Assembly: GCF_041146345.1 (NCBI RefSeq) | Contig: NW_027191408.1 | Span: 372,001-436,000, forward strand | DNA from: Neodothiora populina | Taxonomy: Eukaryota | Length of the DNA: 64,000 nucleotides | Direction: 5' to 3' | Shown: positions 49,149-62,373 of the stretch, in pieces | How positions within the stretch are numbered: position 1 is the first letter of the stretch | Layout: every line of letters begins with the position of its first letter | Translations under genes and position numbers: made by a program | Notes under the pieces: generated by a model | Databases searched by the model: none | Told to the model about the DNA's origin: nothing | What the model saw: only the letters and a program-made list of their open reading frames with translations

Positions 49149-49240
49149 TCTTTGTTGGTCTAGTGGTCATGATTTCCGCTTGTCATTCGGCTCGCCGTCT
49201 ACAAGCGCGGGAGACCGGGGTTCGATTCCCCGACAGAGAG
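49149..49240 (+). tRNA. tRNA-Asp(GTC) with a 20-nt intron at 49186-49205
   Basis: Acceptor stem TCTTTGT/ACAGAGA, A-box TGGTCTAGTGG, anticodon arm TCCGC-TTGTCA^C-GCGGG, T-arm CGGGG-TTCGATT-CCCCG, and a downstream T6 terminator. Mature length is 72 nt. Confidence 0.95.
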
Positions 49241-49850
49241 ATTCTTTTTTACATATCTCCCGCTCGCGCAGGTTTGTGATCGTACCTTAGCGAGCAAGAT
49301 CAGGTACTGGATTGCTGTAATTTGGTCGTCTGAATCGTTCGCTCTACTCCTTCATTAGTAGCTGGAGTATAAGCATCAATTGAATTAATACTTCACTTTT
49401 GTCTGACACGTAAGAGACTACAACGGATACACAGGCAATCAGATTGTGTATACAGCCCTCACTGTGTGGTGTGCTTTCGCTGATCTGTCAGTAAGCATAG
49501 CGCCAAGACCTCGGCTTGGCTGGATTTCGATCACCAAGCTCCAGTGCGAGCGAGTGGGTGGTGGAGGAGATCAGTGGACTCCACGGTGGTGGTGGTGGCC
49601 GACTAGACTACCTTTAGGCAAGTACCTACCTTATTGAATCAAGGTTCACGGTTGCGACTTCTCTGTCTTCTCTCTTTCGCGACGCCAGCCTCTGCACCTT
49701 CCGCTCCTTCTAATCACTTCATTATCATCTCTCGAAGCGCCACGTAGCGCACTTTCTTTACATATATTGTGCATCGACATCGACATCAATCTCCATCTTC
49801 AAAAGACTTAGACGAAGAAGTCCTACACTTGCTCTTCTCTTTTTTTTGTA

Positions 49851-51804
49851 ATGGCGGGCCAACCTGATATCTCATCCATCCTTGCGGCTCTGGGTAAGCA
49901 GCATAAACCTTCAGTAGTATTTCAAATGAGCGCCATGTCACTAATCTTGTTCTCCGTAGCTCAAAGATCTGGATCCACCCCTACCCAGTCTACTCCAGTC
50001 CCTGGTCAACAACCTCCGCTCCCTCATGGCTATCCCGCCGGCCTTCCACAGATACCCCAAGTGTCAACACCGCAACTCGGGGGATTCCATCTTCCGCAAC
50101 CGACAACTACAGGCAACGTCGATCTGAGCACTATTCGACCTGTCGCCAGTGGATCTGTTGGAGGCTCTGTCAGCATCGCCGACGCTATCGCAAAGGCAAA
50201 GAGCATCGCCGCAGACCGTGGAATCTCCTACGACAATCGCGCAAACCCTGCTCAGCCACGTGATGATCCCAGACTGGCTGCTCGTGGTTACGGTGGCAGT
50301 AACGGCAACGGCAGACGCTCGCGATCACGTTCACCCCCACGCCGCGCTGATGGCTTTCGCGACAACTACAACCCTTATCGCGATGAGCGACGCGACGCTG
50401 ATCGAAGGGACCGCGGCTATCCTCGCGATCGTTCGGCGTCTCCAGGACCTCGTGGCCATTTCTCACCGCCTCGCACTGCTAGATCACCTCCAGCTCGCGG
50501 CGGTGCGAGTGGCGGAGGAGCCGATAGCGAAACCATCTCGGTCAAGTCGTCCCTTGTCGGTCTGATCATCGGTCGACAGGGAGAGAACCTGCGCCGTGTG
50601 GAGGCTGAGTCTGGTGCCCGTGTCCAGTTCATTCCTGCCAGAGAACCCAATGCCCAGCACAGACAGTGTACCATCTCCGGTTCTCTGCGCTCTCGTGAGA
50701 CTGCAAAAGCAGAGATTTTCCGTGTCATGGAGGACAACAGTGATGGACCAGGAAGCGCACCTCCGCCAGACATGCGAGGTGGCAGCAGGGGACCCAGCAA
50801 GCAGCAGAACCAGCCTGCTCTCCGCGAAGGCGAGAATAGTGTGCAAATCATGGTTCCCGACAAGACTGTGGGCCTCATCATCGGACGTGGTGGCGAGACA
50901 ATTCGCGATCTTCAGGAGAGGAGTGGATGTCATGTCAATATCGTTGCCGAGAACAAGAGCATAAACGGCCTTCGCCCTGTCAACCTTATAGGCACACCTC
51001 AAGCTGCTGCTATCGCCAAGGAGATGATTCTCGAAATTGTAGAAAGCGACACCCGCGCCCCCGGCGGAGGACAAGCGCCACCACCTGATCGTGGTAGGGG
51101 AGGAGGCTTCGACTCCTTCAACCGCGGAGGTAATGACCGTGGCAGCGATGCTGGCAAGATCACTGAGGAGATATATGTGCCCTCCGAAGCCGTTGGCATG
51201 ATTATCGGAAAAGGTAGGCATCACTTCCGCGCTCTCGTGTCCTTAGTGGCGACAAAACTGACATTACTTCGCAGGTGGAGAGACGATTAAGGAGATGCAA
51301 AGCGTGACACAGTGCAAGATCAATGTCAGCCAACCACAGCAACCCGACGTGCAACGCCAGATTGGCTTGGTAGGTTCCCGTGCGGCCATTGAGGACGCGA
51401 AACGTGCCATCTGGGATAAGGTTGATACCGTGGTATGTGTGCTTGAACCCGCCCGCAATAGAAGATATGCTGACTCCTGCAAGCAACAACGTGACCGAGC
51501 TGGCGGCAGAGACCGTGGAGCCAGCCGTAATGAAGGTCATGGTGACCAATACTCACAACAGCAGCAGCAGCAACCATACGGCGGGGCACCAATGGGTGGC
51601 ATGCCTCAGATGCCCGCCGCGATGCCTGGTGTACCGCCCATGGCACAAACAGGAGCTGCCGCTCCTGCAGGAAGTGATCCTAACGATCCCTATGCGCCTT
51701 ATGGCGGCTACCAGAACTATGTGGCATTGTGGTATAGTGCTCTTGCTCAGCAGAACCAGGGCCAGGGTCAGGGCCAAGGCGGCCAGCCGCCCATGCCTCA
51801 GTAA
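49851..51804 (+). CDS. KH-domain RNA-binding protein (FUBP/KSRP-like, three KH domains). Introns 49894-49959, 51214-51274, 51433-51483
   Basis: GLIIGRQGE, GLIIGRGGE and GMIIGK|GGE GxxG loops; RS-rich region; C-terminal DPYAPYGGYQNYVALWY. Confidence 0.9.
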
Positions 51805-52859
51805 GCGGAGCTTGACATGCGCGCCGTGAACCAAGTGACCGGACTTGACGATGCTTGATCAACACAGCGGCATCCCACACGCTTTCGCCGACTCCTTGAC
51901 ACCTTTATGTCTTTGATCTGTCGCTGGTAGACATGCGTGACACGCTATGGTCTTGTCGCTTGACTCACATGCTCTGTCATAACCTGCTACTCCATGGATA
52001 TGCCTCGATGACCGCCTAGTCTTGATGACATGATCCAATGTTACCGAACAATCGTGAGGACTGCAGCGCGTTATCCTGAACATAAGAACGCCTAGCCGCT
52101 TTCGATACCATGATGCGTGCCTCTAGCAACGGTTGCTGATGACTCTTCGCCTTCTTCTTGGGACTCATGAACTATCGGGCTCACGATGCGGGATATGGTA
52201 CCCAGCTCGCATGATACTGCACATGTCTCGTCGTTTTTTTTTTCCAGCGTGCCGCCATTGTGGTAGTCGTTCTGTTATGCTGTCAGTGGGACGACCTCAA
52301 GTCACTATGAGAATCGAGTGAATGAGTGAGCTCGTACGATCTGCATTGCCCACTTGTTCTCTACAACCATTCAGGGTACCGGTCGACCTTGTGACTGTCT
52401 TCTTCGACCAGCTCTGACATTCATGCTCGTTGCTATGCATGTCGCGATTCTTGCGGGTTCAAAGACCAAAGTCACACAGTCACACATCAGCTTCGCTTTC
52501 AAGGGCCCCTTTGCGCTGATCAGCGCATTCATGGACGACTATATCCGTTTTTAGTGCACTGCTTTTTCGCATGCTTGTTCATGCTATTTGTTCCACTTGT
52601 ATCCTAGTCCTAGTCGAGTACTGCACAGCTGGTAACTTATTCAAAATTGCTTTCACGATCAATCAGTTCTCTTCCTAGACTAATCACAAGATTTCTCTAC
52701 TCATGCGTCTGTCTCAAACAATATACATTGACACATTCTGCTGGGAGTACAGCGTCGCATAGCCATACACAGGGCAGAGAGCAGTGCTGCTGTAAATACT
52801 CTTAAGTCCGAATCATTTTGTTTAACACCGCCCAATAGAGGTCGATCGAAGAGGGACCG

Positions 52860-52873
52860 TCGGACCCCGCCGA
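52860..52873. promoter_or_regulatory. UaY (purine-catabolism activator) binding site TCGG-N6-CCGA
   Basis: Exact TCGG ACCCCG CCGA about 550 bp upstream of the xanthine dehydrogenase ATG. Confidence 0.75.
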
Positions 52874-53096
52874 ACAGCTGGAAAAGTTCATGCCTACTCT
52901 TTGTAACTGTATCATGAGCTCTGAGTGTATGCCTTTTCCAGACTTCGCTGATGAGTATTACCAGGAGCACATCAGTGGTCAAGCAGGCATTCTATTTCAA
53001 AATTCCGTAGTCATTACCAGATCATGCTGGCTGTGCACTAGACGTCCTTTGGAGGGGTTCTTACTCATGCGTCGATTGGCGAGATCTTGACTCTCT

Positions 53097-53256
53097 TTAT
53101 CTTGAGCCATTCCCCGCACTCTTCCACCCCGGCCAACTCCTACAAAGGTAATGCGGTTCGCGACCACTGATAAGAACGCTTATGGTCATCTACCCTACTT
53201 TCTAGCTCCACATGTGCCTACTGTGAGTTTCCTTATTTTGCTTTTCGTCGTTATCT
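53097..53256. promoter_or_regulatory. Cluster of three HGATAR (AreA/Nit2) sites
   Basis: TTATCT 53097-53102, TGATAA 53168-53173 and TTATCT 53251-53256 upstream of hxA. Confidence 0.55.
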
Positions 53257-53416
53257 CTTGAAACATCTGTCTGGATACCCTTTTCTGTCCCTTTCTTTCC
53301 TTTCGTCGTCGTCGTCGTCTTGTTTCATCACCACCCACGAACGGTATCCTGAAGCACGACTCGGTGGCGGATTCAAATCATCGAGTATAGTGCATTGACC
53401 TCGTCAACCACACAAC

Positions 53417-56400
53417 ATGGCTCCGGGCTTGATCGAGCCTCAGCCTGCGGTTGATCAGTCTGCCACTCGTTCGTTGGCATCTTTGACCGAGGACTACGAC
53501 GATACCATCCGCTTTTACCTCAATGGCACAAAGGTGGTACTCGATACCGCAGATCCAGAAGTGACTTTACTTGAATATCTGCGTGGCATTGGTCTGACTG
53601 GCACGAAACTCGGGTGTGCCGAAGGTGGATGCGGTGCCTGCACAGTGGTAGGCAAAGCTCAATGATGACCACGTATTGGACAAGTAGCCTTGACTCACAA
53701 AATAAATCAGGTAGTATCACAATTAAATCCAACTACGAAAAAGGTCTACCATGCGTCGGTCAACGCTTGTCTTGCTCCCTTGGTCAGTGTTGATGGCAAA
53801 CATGTCATTACAGTCGAAGGTATTGGCAATGTCAAGAATCCACACCCCGTTCAGGAGAGGATAGCGAAGAGCAATGGCAGCCAGTGTGGATTCTGCACGC
53901 CGGGTATTGTCATGGTGAGTTCTTAACCTAGCTCTTCTAAATCGCGCTTCATAAACTCATATTCGTATAGAGCCTGTACGCGCTCATTCGCAACGACCCG
54001 AACCCATCAGAACTACACATTGAGGAGGCCTTTGACGGAAACCTGTGCAGATGTACAGGCTACCGACCCATCTTGGATGCCGCACATACCTTTGGAGCTG
54101 CAAAAGGATGCGGAAAGGCTAGCACCAATGGCGGTAGTGGCTGCTGCATGGAGAAGAATGGCAATGGTGGCGGTTGCTGCAAAAGTGGTAGCAATACCTC
54201 TGAAGACTCGGAGGACATTAAGCGCTTCACACCTCCCGAGTTCATCGCATACAACCCCGAGACTCAGCTCATCTTTCCTCCGGCTCTTCGGAAGCACGAG
54301 CTGAAGCCATTAGCATTCGGCAATAAGAGAAAGAAGTGGTTCAGACCAGTCACTACCCAACAGCTGCTCGAGATCAAGAATGTATATCCCTCGGCGAAGA
54401 TCATCGGAGGAAGCACAGAAACGCAGATTGAAGTCAAGTTCAAGGGCATGCAATATACAGCGTCAGTGTTTGTTGGGGACATTGCGGAGCTCCGCCAGTA
54501 TACCTTCCACGACGACTACCTTGAGATTGGTGGAAACGTTGTTCTCACGGATCTCGAGGATATTGCCCAGGAAGCCGTCAAACACTACGGAAAGTCGAGA
54601 GGACAGCCCTTCGCTGCTATTCACAAGCAGATTCGCTACTTTGCAGGAAGACAGATCAGAAACGTCGGTACCCCAGCAGGCAACTTGGCCACCGCCTCTC
54701 CAATTTCTGATCTGAACCCTGTCTTTATGGCCACAAACGCTACTTTGGTCGTGAAGACATTGGAGAAGACACTCGAAATTCCCATGTCCGAGTTCTTCAA
54801 GGCCTACAGACTCACAGCCTTACCCCCTGACGGTATCATCGCAAGTATCAGGATCCCTGCCTTCCGGGAGGAGGGTGAGCATATGCGCGCGTACAAGATG
54901 GCCAAGAGGAAGGACGACGATATCGCAATTGTCAACTCTGCTCTTCGTGTCAGGCTCGATGCCAGCAACAATGTGGAAGATTGCAGTCTCGTCTATGGCG
55001 GCATGGCGCCAGTTACAATCTCCGCTAAGACAGCTGTCGAATACTTGAGCGGGAAGAAGTTCACAGACCCCAAGACTCTCGAAGGCGTCATGGGCGCCCT
55101 CGAGCAGGACTTCGATCTTAGATTCGGTGTACCTGGCGGCATGGCAACATACCGTAAATCACTTGCTCTTGGATTCTTTTATCGTTTCTACCATGAAGTT
55201 CTTGCTGAGCTCAGCGTTGATGAGGCCGAGGTTGACCAAGACGCTATCGATGAGATTGAGCGCGTGATCTCGTTTGGCAAGAAGGACCGCACAGCTGGCG
55301 TTGCTTACGAAAAGAAGATTATCGGCAAGGAAGCTCCACACGTCGCTGCCATGAAGCAGTCTACGGGTGAGGCGCAATACACTGATGACATTCCCGTGCA
55401 GAAGAACGAACTTTACGGATGCATGGTTCTTTCGACCAAGGCTCACGCCAAGCTTCTCAGTGTCGACCCTTCCGCAGCGCTGGATATTCCTGGTGTCGTT
55501 GACTACGTTGACCATACTGATCTACCTAACCCCGAGGCCAACTGGTGGGGAGCGCCCATGTGCGATGAGACATTTTTTGCTGTCGATGAGGTGTTCACTG
55601 CTGGCCAACCCATTGGTTTAATCCTGGCAACTTCAGCCAAGCTTGCCGAGGCTGGTATGAGAGCGGTGAAGGTCGAATATGAGGAGCTTCCAGCAATCTT
55701 CACCATCGAAGAAGCGATTCAGAAGGAGAGCTATTTCGATCACTACAGATTTATCAATGTTGGTGATGTTGACAAGGCTTTCGCGAAAGCTGATCACGTT
55801 TTCACCGGTGTTGCCCGTATGGGAGGCCAAGAGCACTTCTACCTTGAGACGAACGCTTGTGTTGCTGTACCAAAGCCGGAAGACGGCGAGATGGAGATCT
55901 GGTCGAGTACACAGAACCCTACAGAGACGCAAGCATATGTCGCGCAAGTCACTGGAGTGCAGGCCAACAAGATCGTGTCCCGAGTCAAGCGTATGGGAGG
56001 TGGCTTTGGTGGCAAGGAAACTCGTTCTATCCAGCTCGCTGGTATTTGCGCAGCTGCAGCCAACAAGGTCAAGCGACCCGTCCGTGCCATGCTCAACCGC
56101 GACGAGGACATTCTGACTTCGGGACAAAGACATCCTTTCCTCGGCCGATGGAAGGTAGGAGTCAACAAAGACGGTAAGATCCAAGCACTCGATGCCGATG
56201 TCTTCAACAATGGAGGATGGAGTCAGGACTTGAGTGGCGCGGTTGTTGATCGTGCCTTGTCACACATCGACGGTGTCTACAAGATTCCCAATCTCTATGT
56301 ACGTGGTAGAATTGCCAAGACGAACACTGTGTCGAACACGGCCTTCCGTGGCTTCGGTGGACCCCAGGGCATGTTTATCGCAGAGTCATACATGTCTGAG

Positions 56401-57615
56401 GTTGCCGACCACCTCGGGATGGATGTGGACGAGTTCCGACAGATCAACATGTACGAGCCTGGCGACATGACGCACTTTAAGCAAGAGCTCAAGGACTACT
56501 ATGTCCCGCTCATGTACAAGCAAGTGCGAGAAGAGTCAGAGTACGAGCGTCGTAAGCAAGCAGCAGCAGCGTTCAACGAGAAGAACAAGTGGAAGAAGCG
56601 AGGTCTCGCGTTGATCCCGACCAAATTCGGTATTTCCTTCACCGCGCTCTTCCTGAACCAAGCCGGCGCACTGGTTCATATCTACCACGATGGCTCCATC
56701 CTCCTTGCCCACGGTGGAACGGAGATGGGACAAGGTCTGCACACGAAGATGACCATGATCGCCGCCGAAGCACTCAAAGTCCCCGCAGACCAAGTCTTCA
56801 TCTCAGAGACAGCGACCAACACCGTCGCCAACACATCATCAACGGCAGCATCGGCCTCATCAGATCTGAACGGCTACGCCATCTGGAACGCATGCGAGCA
56901 ACTCAACGAACGCCTGGCGCCCTACCGAGAGAAACTCGGCCCCGACGCCACAATGAAACAGCTCGCGCACGCCGCCTACTTCGACCGCGTGAACCTGTCC
57001 GCCCAAGGACACTACAAAACGCCCGACATCGGCTACGTCTGGGGGCCCAACACCGGCCAAATGTACTTCTACTTCACGCAGGGCGTCGCGGCGGCCGAAG
57101 TCGAAATCGACACGCTGACAGGCGACTGGACGTGTCTACGCGCCGACATCAAAATGGACGTCGGCCGCAGCATCAACCCGGCCATCGACTACGGGCAAAT
57201 CGAAGGCGCCTTCGTGCAAGGGCTGGGTCTCTTCACAATGGAAGAATCCCTCTGGCACCGCGCCTCAGGCCAGCTCTTCACGCGCGGGCCCGGCGCCTAC
57301 AAGATCCCTGGCTTCAGGGACATTCCGCAGGAGTTCAACGTCTCGCTGCTCAAGGACGTCAACTGGGAGGACCTGCGCACGATCCAGCGCTCTCGAGGCG
57401 TCGGCGAGCCCCCGCTGTTCATGGGCAGCGCCGTGTTCTTCGCCATTCGAGACGCCCTCAAGGCCGCCAGGAAGCAGTGGGGCGAGGAGAGCGTCTTGGA
57501 GCTCCGATCGCCCGCTACGGTCGAGAGGATCAGGATCAGCTGTGCGGATCCGATCGTCAAGCGCGCCGAAGTCAAGGCCGGGGAGGGCGAGAAGAGCTTT
57601 TTCGTTAGTATTTAG
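53417..57615 (+). CDS. hxA: Xanthine dehydrogenase (purine hydroxylase I). Introns 53648-53710 and 53915-53970
   Basis: 2Fe-2S motifs [18 protein letters not shown] and [12 protein letters not shown] domain; Moco motifs [28 protein letters not shown] and GVGEPPLF. Confidence 0.97.
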
Positions 57616-57790
57616 ACGGGGGCGGGGTCGGGGGTTTCGTTGCCTGGGCCTGGCCTGTACGGGATCTATTTTCATCTTTTATGTTTGTTCTTCTTTCGGA
57701 GTTTCTTCTTTCTTGTCTATTCTTTGGTTTCGTGGCTTCAGTGTTGTTGAACTATTTGAGGTGCTCGTTGTGGCACTCATGTCTCCTCTA

Positions 57791-57803
57791 TCTCTCCCTC
57801 TCC

Positions 57804-57840
<37 letters not shown>

Positions 57841-57844
57841 TGTG
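57791..57844. repeat. Compound (CT)n(GT)n microsatellite
   Basis: Directly visible in the hxA-SEC31 convergent intergenic region. Confidence 0.9.
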
Positions 57845-58287
57845 GGTAAATGCGTGCGTGTGCGCGATTCTGACCAACGTATGTGTGAACGTCGCGCTCT
57901 CTCTCTTTCTCCATCTGAGCGACGGACAGGTGATACCATGGGAATTAGAATTCCTTCCACCAAACGCTCATAAATCAACGACCAACAACATAGGTCTCGC
58001 ATACAGGGAGAAGGGGAACCCCTTGAAAAAAAAGCCTAAAAAGCATGGATTTCATTCGATCTTTCTTTGCCTACATCCATGAAAAAGAATCCACAAGACC
58101 TAGACTTAGCCAAGGCAATCAGCCAGTCCATCAGTTCCGTCTTGTTCGTTTCCTTTTCATCTCTCATCTGCCTCCCCTTAATTTACATCCTTCTCCACGA
58201 GCATACAAATTTCAACTTTCGTCCACACATGGCTTAGCTGGTCATCGTGATATATATACGTCTTTTCCTAGGATTCCAAACACACGT

Positions 58288-59008
58288 CTATAGTGGGGTT
58301 GCGCGGCTCATGGCGATCAAGCGCTTGACGCCGACCTGAACAGAAAAAAAAGTCAGTGGATTTGTCTTCAATTCTAACAAGCGATGCAGAGAGCAGAAAC
58401 GGAAAGGGAAAGAAAAAAAAAGGAGCAGCAAGAACTCACCATCCAGTTGGCTCCCTCGCTCTCGAGCTTGGTCTTCATCATGTCCGTGAGAATGACCACG
58501 GCGCGATCGAGATCCCTGCTCTGCACGCACTGGCTGATCTCGAGCATCTCCTGAATTGTATCCGGCTTCAGCAGATTCTCGTTGTTCAGATGATCAAACA
58601 GGATGCTGAGCCTTCGTTCTGTGTCATTGACCTGGGCAGTGAACGAGGCAGGAGCACGAGACTTGACGCGTGCCATGTCGGCCGAGAGGATATCATAGAT
58701 GGGCTTCGAGGCCGCAGGAATGTGCGAGCGGTCACCGGGTGCTTGGGCATTGTCAGTAGGGATTCCGATGAAAAAACAATTCTGCGACCTACGATACTTG
58801 GCAGGCGCGGGCGTCGAGATGCGCTGAGACTGCGAGGTTCCTGGCCTGGAGATTATAGGCGAGCCTGGTGGGGGTGCGGTCGGAGTGGCAGCTGCCCTGG
58901 GAGGACCCGGTGGAGGCCCACCACGCGGAGGGCCTTGCGGCGGCGGTGGCAGTGGTGCTGGAGTGTTCTGCGGTGGGGACTGGACAGGTGCTGGTGGTTG
59001 ACTGTAGA

Positions 59009-59040
<32 letters not shown>

Positions 59041-62000
59041 GGTTGTCTCGGAGCATAGGCAGACGCGCCAGCGGCATACGGATTCGCAGGTGGGGGTGCC
59101 ACGTTTCGCGGTGGCATGGCATTGGCTGGCGTAGACGGCGCGGCACCCGGTGCCGGGGCATATCTGTTGCTCGGCGGAGCGGCCGTGACCGACGGTGGCG
59201 GGTTGTATGGCGAAGGACCACGAGGAATGGTGGCGACCGGTGGTGGAGGCAGAGCGGAAGAGGTTTGCATGGCGGAAGCGGGAGGCGCATAGGCGTTTGC
59301 TGCTGCCGACGGTGGTCGTGCGATGGCTGGAGATGCCACACGTGGAGGTGCCTGTCCAGCCTTGGGCGGCGGGGGCAACGGAGACGCCGGCTTAGATTGC
59401 GCATATGGAGCACCCATCGGCGGCGGAGGGGATATGACGCTCTGCTGATTAGGGAAGGGAGAAGCGACCGTGTTCAGGCCCGGAGTGCCTCGCCGGGGAG
59501 CAGCTTGAGGGGGTTTGGAGAAGCCTTCCGGAAGGTCGTTCCATTGCTGCGTGCTGGAGGTCCTTGGAGGAGGTACGGCCGACGAGGTCGATCCAGCACG
59601 GGGTGGCGGCGGCAGAGGGGCAGCAGCAGCCATGGGCTGTTGGTAACCTGATCCATACGGGGTAGGCTGCCCATACGCTGGTACCTGCGACGGAGGCTGG
59701 TAACCTGCGGGAGCGTAGCTGGACGTGGCAGGTGCATATGGGTTGCTTCCTGCTGGAGCGGCCATGATGCCGCCGGTCGGGGCGTATGGAGAAGGTTTCG
59801 CGGTGGAGGTGACAGGCGCAGGGGTGGGGATTCCGCCAAAGGCTGGTGCCACGGGCTGAGCGACACGCGAGGCGGTGGCTTGGTGCCTGCGGGATGATTG
59901 CACGACAGGTGCCCTCCTGGTCGCACGCTTGACTCTCTCCTGAGCTACATCTGCAGCGGGGAACTTGGCCGGTAGCAGGTCAAGGTACTTTTCGGCGATC
60001 TGAAGCTGGCCGTGACCAGCCAGGATATCGGCGTATTCGGCATATTTGCTGTAGAGAGGAGCGAGCTTCCAGTCGGCAGTGGCAGTCTGCTCCGGATCGT
60101 TGAAGTTGACGACCTGGCGGAAGACGGTGACTTTTTCGATGAAATCTTGCAAGGTGCGGGCGTGGACGGAAAAGCTCGATTCTCCTTCGGATTCTTCGAG
60201 ACCGGCGGCTTCCTTCTCCTGGAGCTCCTGAGCCCAGATGCTGACGACCTTCTCGAGCTTGGAGCCGGCGAGGAAGCAGAAAGAAGCGTCACGTCGGAGC
60301 GTGCCCTTCTCGCCACCCTCGTTGAGGGCCTCTTCGAGACGATCACCCAAGGCCTCACAAAGGTCAGAGAACTCGGTCTCGTCGGCAAAGGTGCAGAGGG
60401 TGGCCATGACCTCCTTCCAGTTGGCGAGGTCGGCGTTGTGAACAACGTCCCAGAGGTTCTTGCCGACAATGGAAGCAAGAAGACGCAGGTAGCTGGGACC
60501 GTCGGCCTTCTTCTTGAGGTAGGCGGCCTGGACCTTGTCGATGCATTTCTGGCCGCCGCAAATGGCGATCATGAAGGCATCGGCCATGCGATCGTCCTTG
60601 AGGCAGACATCGACGGCCGAGTCAAAAGTTCCGAGCATCAAAGCACGAGTGATGGCCTTGTCGGCGTCGGACTCTTGCCCGCTGAGGATGTGGAAGGGCT
60701 CGTTGGTCTTGGCGCCCTTTGTGGCAGCGAGATCTGCCAGGAAGCCGTCCTCATCGGCAGTCTTGTCGAAGAAAGAGCTGTCGTCGTTGTCGCCATTGGC
60801 CTCTGTCTTCTCGCCGTCGGCAGTACCGTTGATGTCGAGTTTGGAGGCAGCAGCGGATAGCCCGTCGACCTGATCGGTGAATCCAAGGTACTCTCTGAGC
60901 TTCTTTCTCGACTTGCCAGCATTGAGAGTTTCGATGACTCGCCAGTCGGCCTTTTCTTCCTCGTTCGTCGCAGCCTCGATCTTGGCTTCGCAGATGCTGG
61001 CCAGATCACCGCCCTTGAGCGAGTCTTCGAACTTGACAGACGCATCGGTGATTGCCAAGTCGATGGCGAAAGTCTCGATGCTGATCTTTGATTTCCTCGT
61101 GGCAGCGTCGGTGGCCAGACGCACGAGCTTTCCTCCGAAACCAAACGAGACACCGGCGGGACGCTCCATCCACTTGGGAGCCTTGGGAAGAGTGAAGTTG
61201 ACGTTCTGGGGCTGGGTCTGAGCGTGGGCGAAGAAGTCTTCGCCCTCGAGAGCATTGTTGACAGCAGCCTTCTCGTGCTCCTTGGAGTTTGTGTTCTGGA
61301 TGGTCTGGATGGCGATCTTGCCGTCAAAGGAAGCAGTCGCCAGGAGGTCTGGGTTGTGAGGGTTGAAGCGGGTCTGGAAGGTCCAGTTGGTGACGACGGG
61401 GAAGTCACCGTAGGCGCGACCAGAGTGAGGGTCCCAGCAGACGGTGCGGTTGTCTTTGCCGCAGGAGAGCAACAGGCTAGGATCCTGCAGACACCAAGAC
61501 AAGGACAGAACGCCCAGCTCGTGGCCAGAGAGGATGCGCTCGGGGGCGTTGGAATTGCGCAAGTCCCACATGAGGATGAGCGGGTCTTGGTCGGATGGAA
61601 TCGCAGTCATCAGCCGCGTGGCCGTGTTGGGATCCCAGGCGACTGCGCTGACGGGCTTCCTTCCGTAGTTGTTGAGTGTGAGGTTCTCCTTCTTCTGCCT
61701 GACGTCCCAAACATTGACGAAACCGCCGCTCGAGCCGGTGGCCAGGATGTGAGGCACCTTCTGGCCCTTGTTCCAGTCCAGACAGTCGTAGTCGTCGGCC
61801 CTTGCAGCACTCGCTCCGAGTCTGAAAGGGTTCGAGACATTGTTCAAGTCATAGATGTAGAGCTCGCCCTTGGCGCCAGCGGTGGCGAGGAGTTCTGGCT
61901 TGGAGTGGTTGAACTGGAGAGCCTTGACGGGCCCAGTGTGCTTTTGGGTGCGCGAGAGGAAGGAGTCGGCGGGCGAGGTGCGTAGCTTCTCGGCATCCCA

Positions 62001-62373
62001 GAGATCAAGCGATCCATTCTCCAGAGCTCCGGCAATGATGCCTCGTGAGTGTCCTTCTGTCGCTTGGTTCCATGCAATGTCGTAAAATCTGTGAGAGGTG
62101 CACGCGGCGTCAGTAAAGCTGTTTCTTTTGTCTCTGTTGGAGGATTAGCTTGGCCACAACCGACCTTGAATCCGTAGCGATGGCTCCCACAGGCTGCAAC
62201 TCGGCGTCTTTTTCTACACCATCGAGTCCCAGATCCCAGAGCTCGAGGGTGGTGTCATTGGAGAAGTCTGCATCGACAGCTCCAGCTTTGGTGCCGGTAG
62301 CGATCAGAGGCGCCGCCGAACCAGGCGACCAGGCAAAGGCGGCGGTGCGAGGGATTTCCCGTAATCTGACCAT
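58288..62373 (-). CDS. SEC31: COPII outer-coat protein Sec31. Introns 62164-62089, 58792-58742, 58439-58336
   Basis: [19 protein letters not shown]40 repeats, [19 protein letters not shown], a proline-rich region with polyQ, and C-terminus [31 protein letters not shown]. Confidence 0.96.
59011..59040 (-). repeat. CAG trinucleotide tract encoding polyQ within Sec31
   Basis: (CTG)n run on the + strand; translation [10 protein letters not shown]. Confidence 0.85.

Noticed and set aside
56589..57608. 339-aa alternative-frame ORF overlapping the hxA 3' end
   Set aside because: Arg/Pro-rich translation expected from very high GC3, which removes stops from shifted frames; no protein-like features.
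15447..58792. Seven 3n stop-free introns in the window
   Set aside because: With about 38 short introns, roughly this many are expected by chance. Only the long TOM1 one has protein-like content.
58356..61985. Long antisense ORFs opposite SEC31 (431, 282, 253 aa), and similar ones opposite AAT, RPS10, the GPI protein, SDE2 and TOM1
   Set aside because: Shadow ORFs caused by codon bias or low complexity of the real genes.
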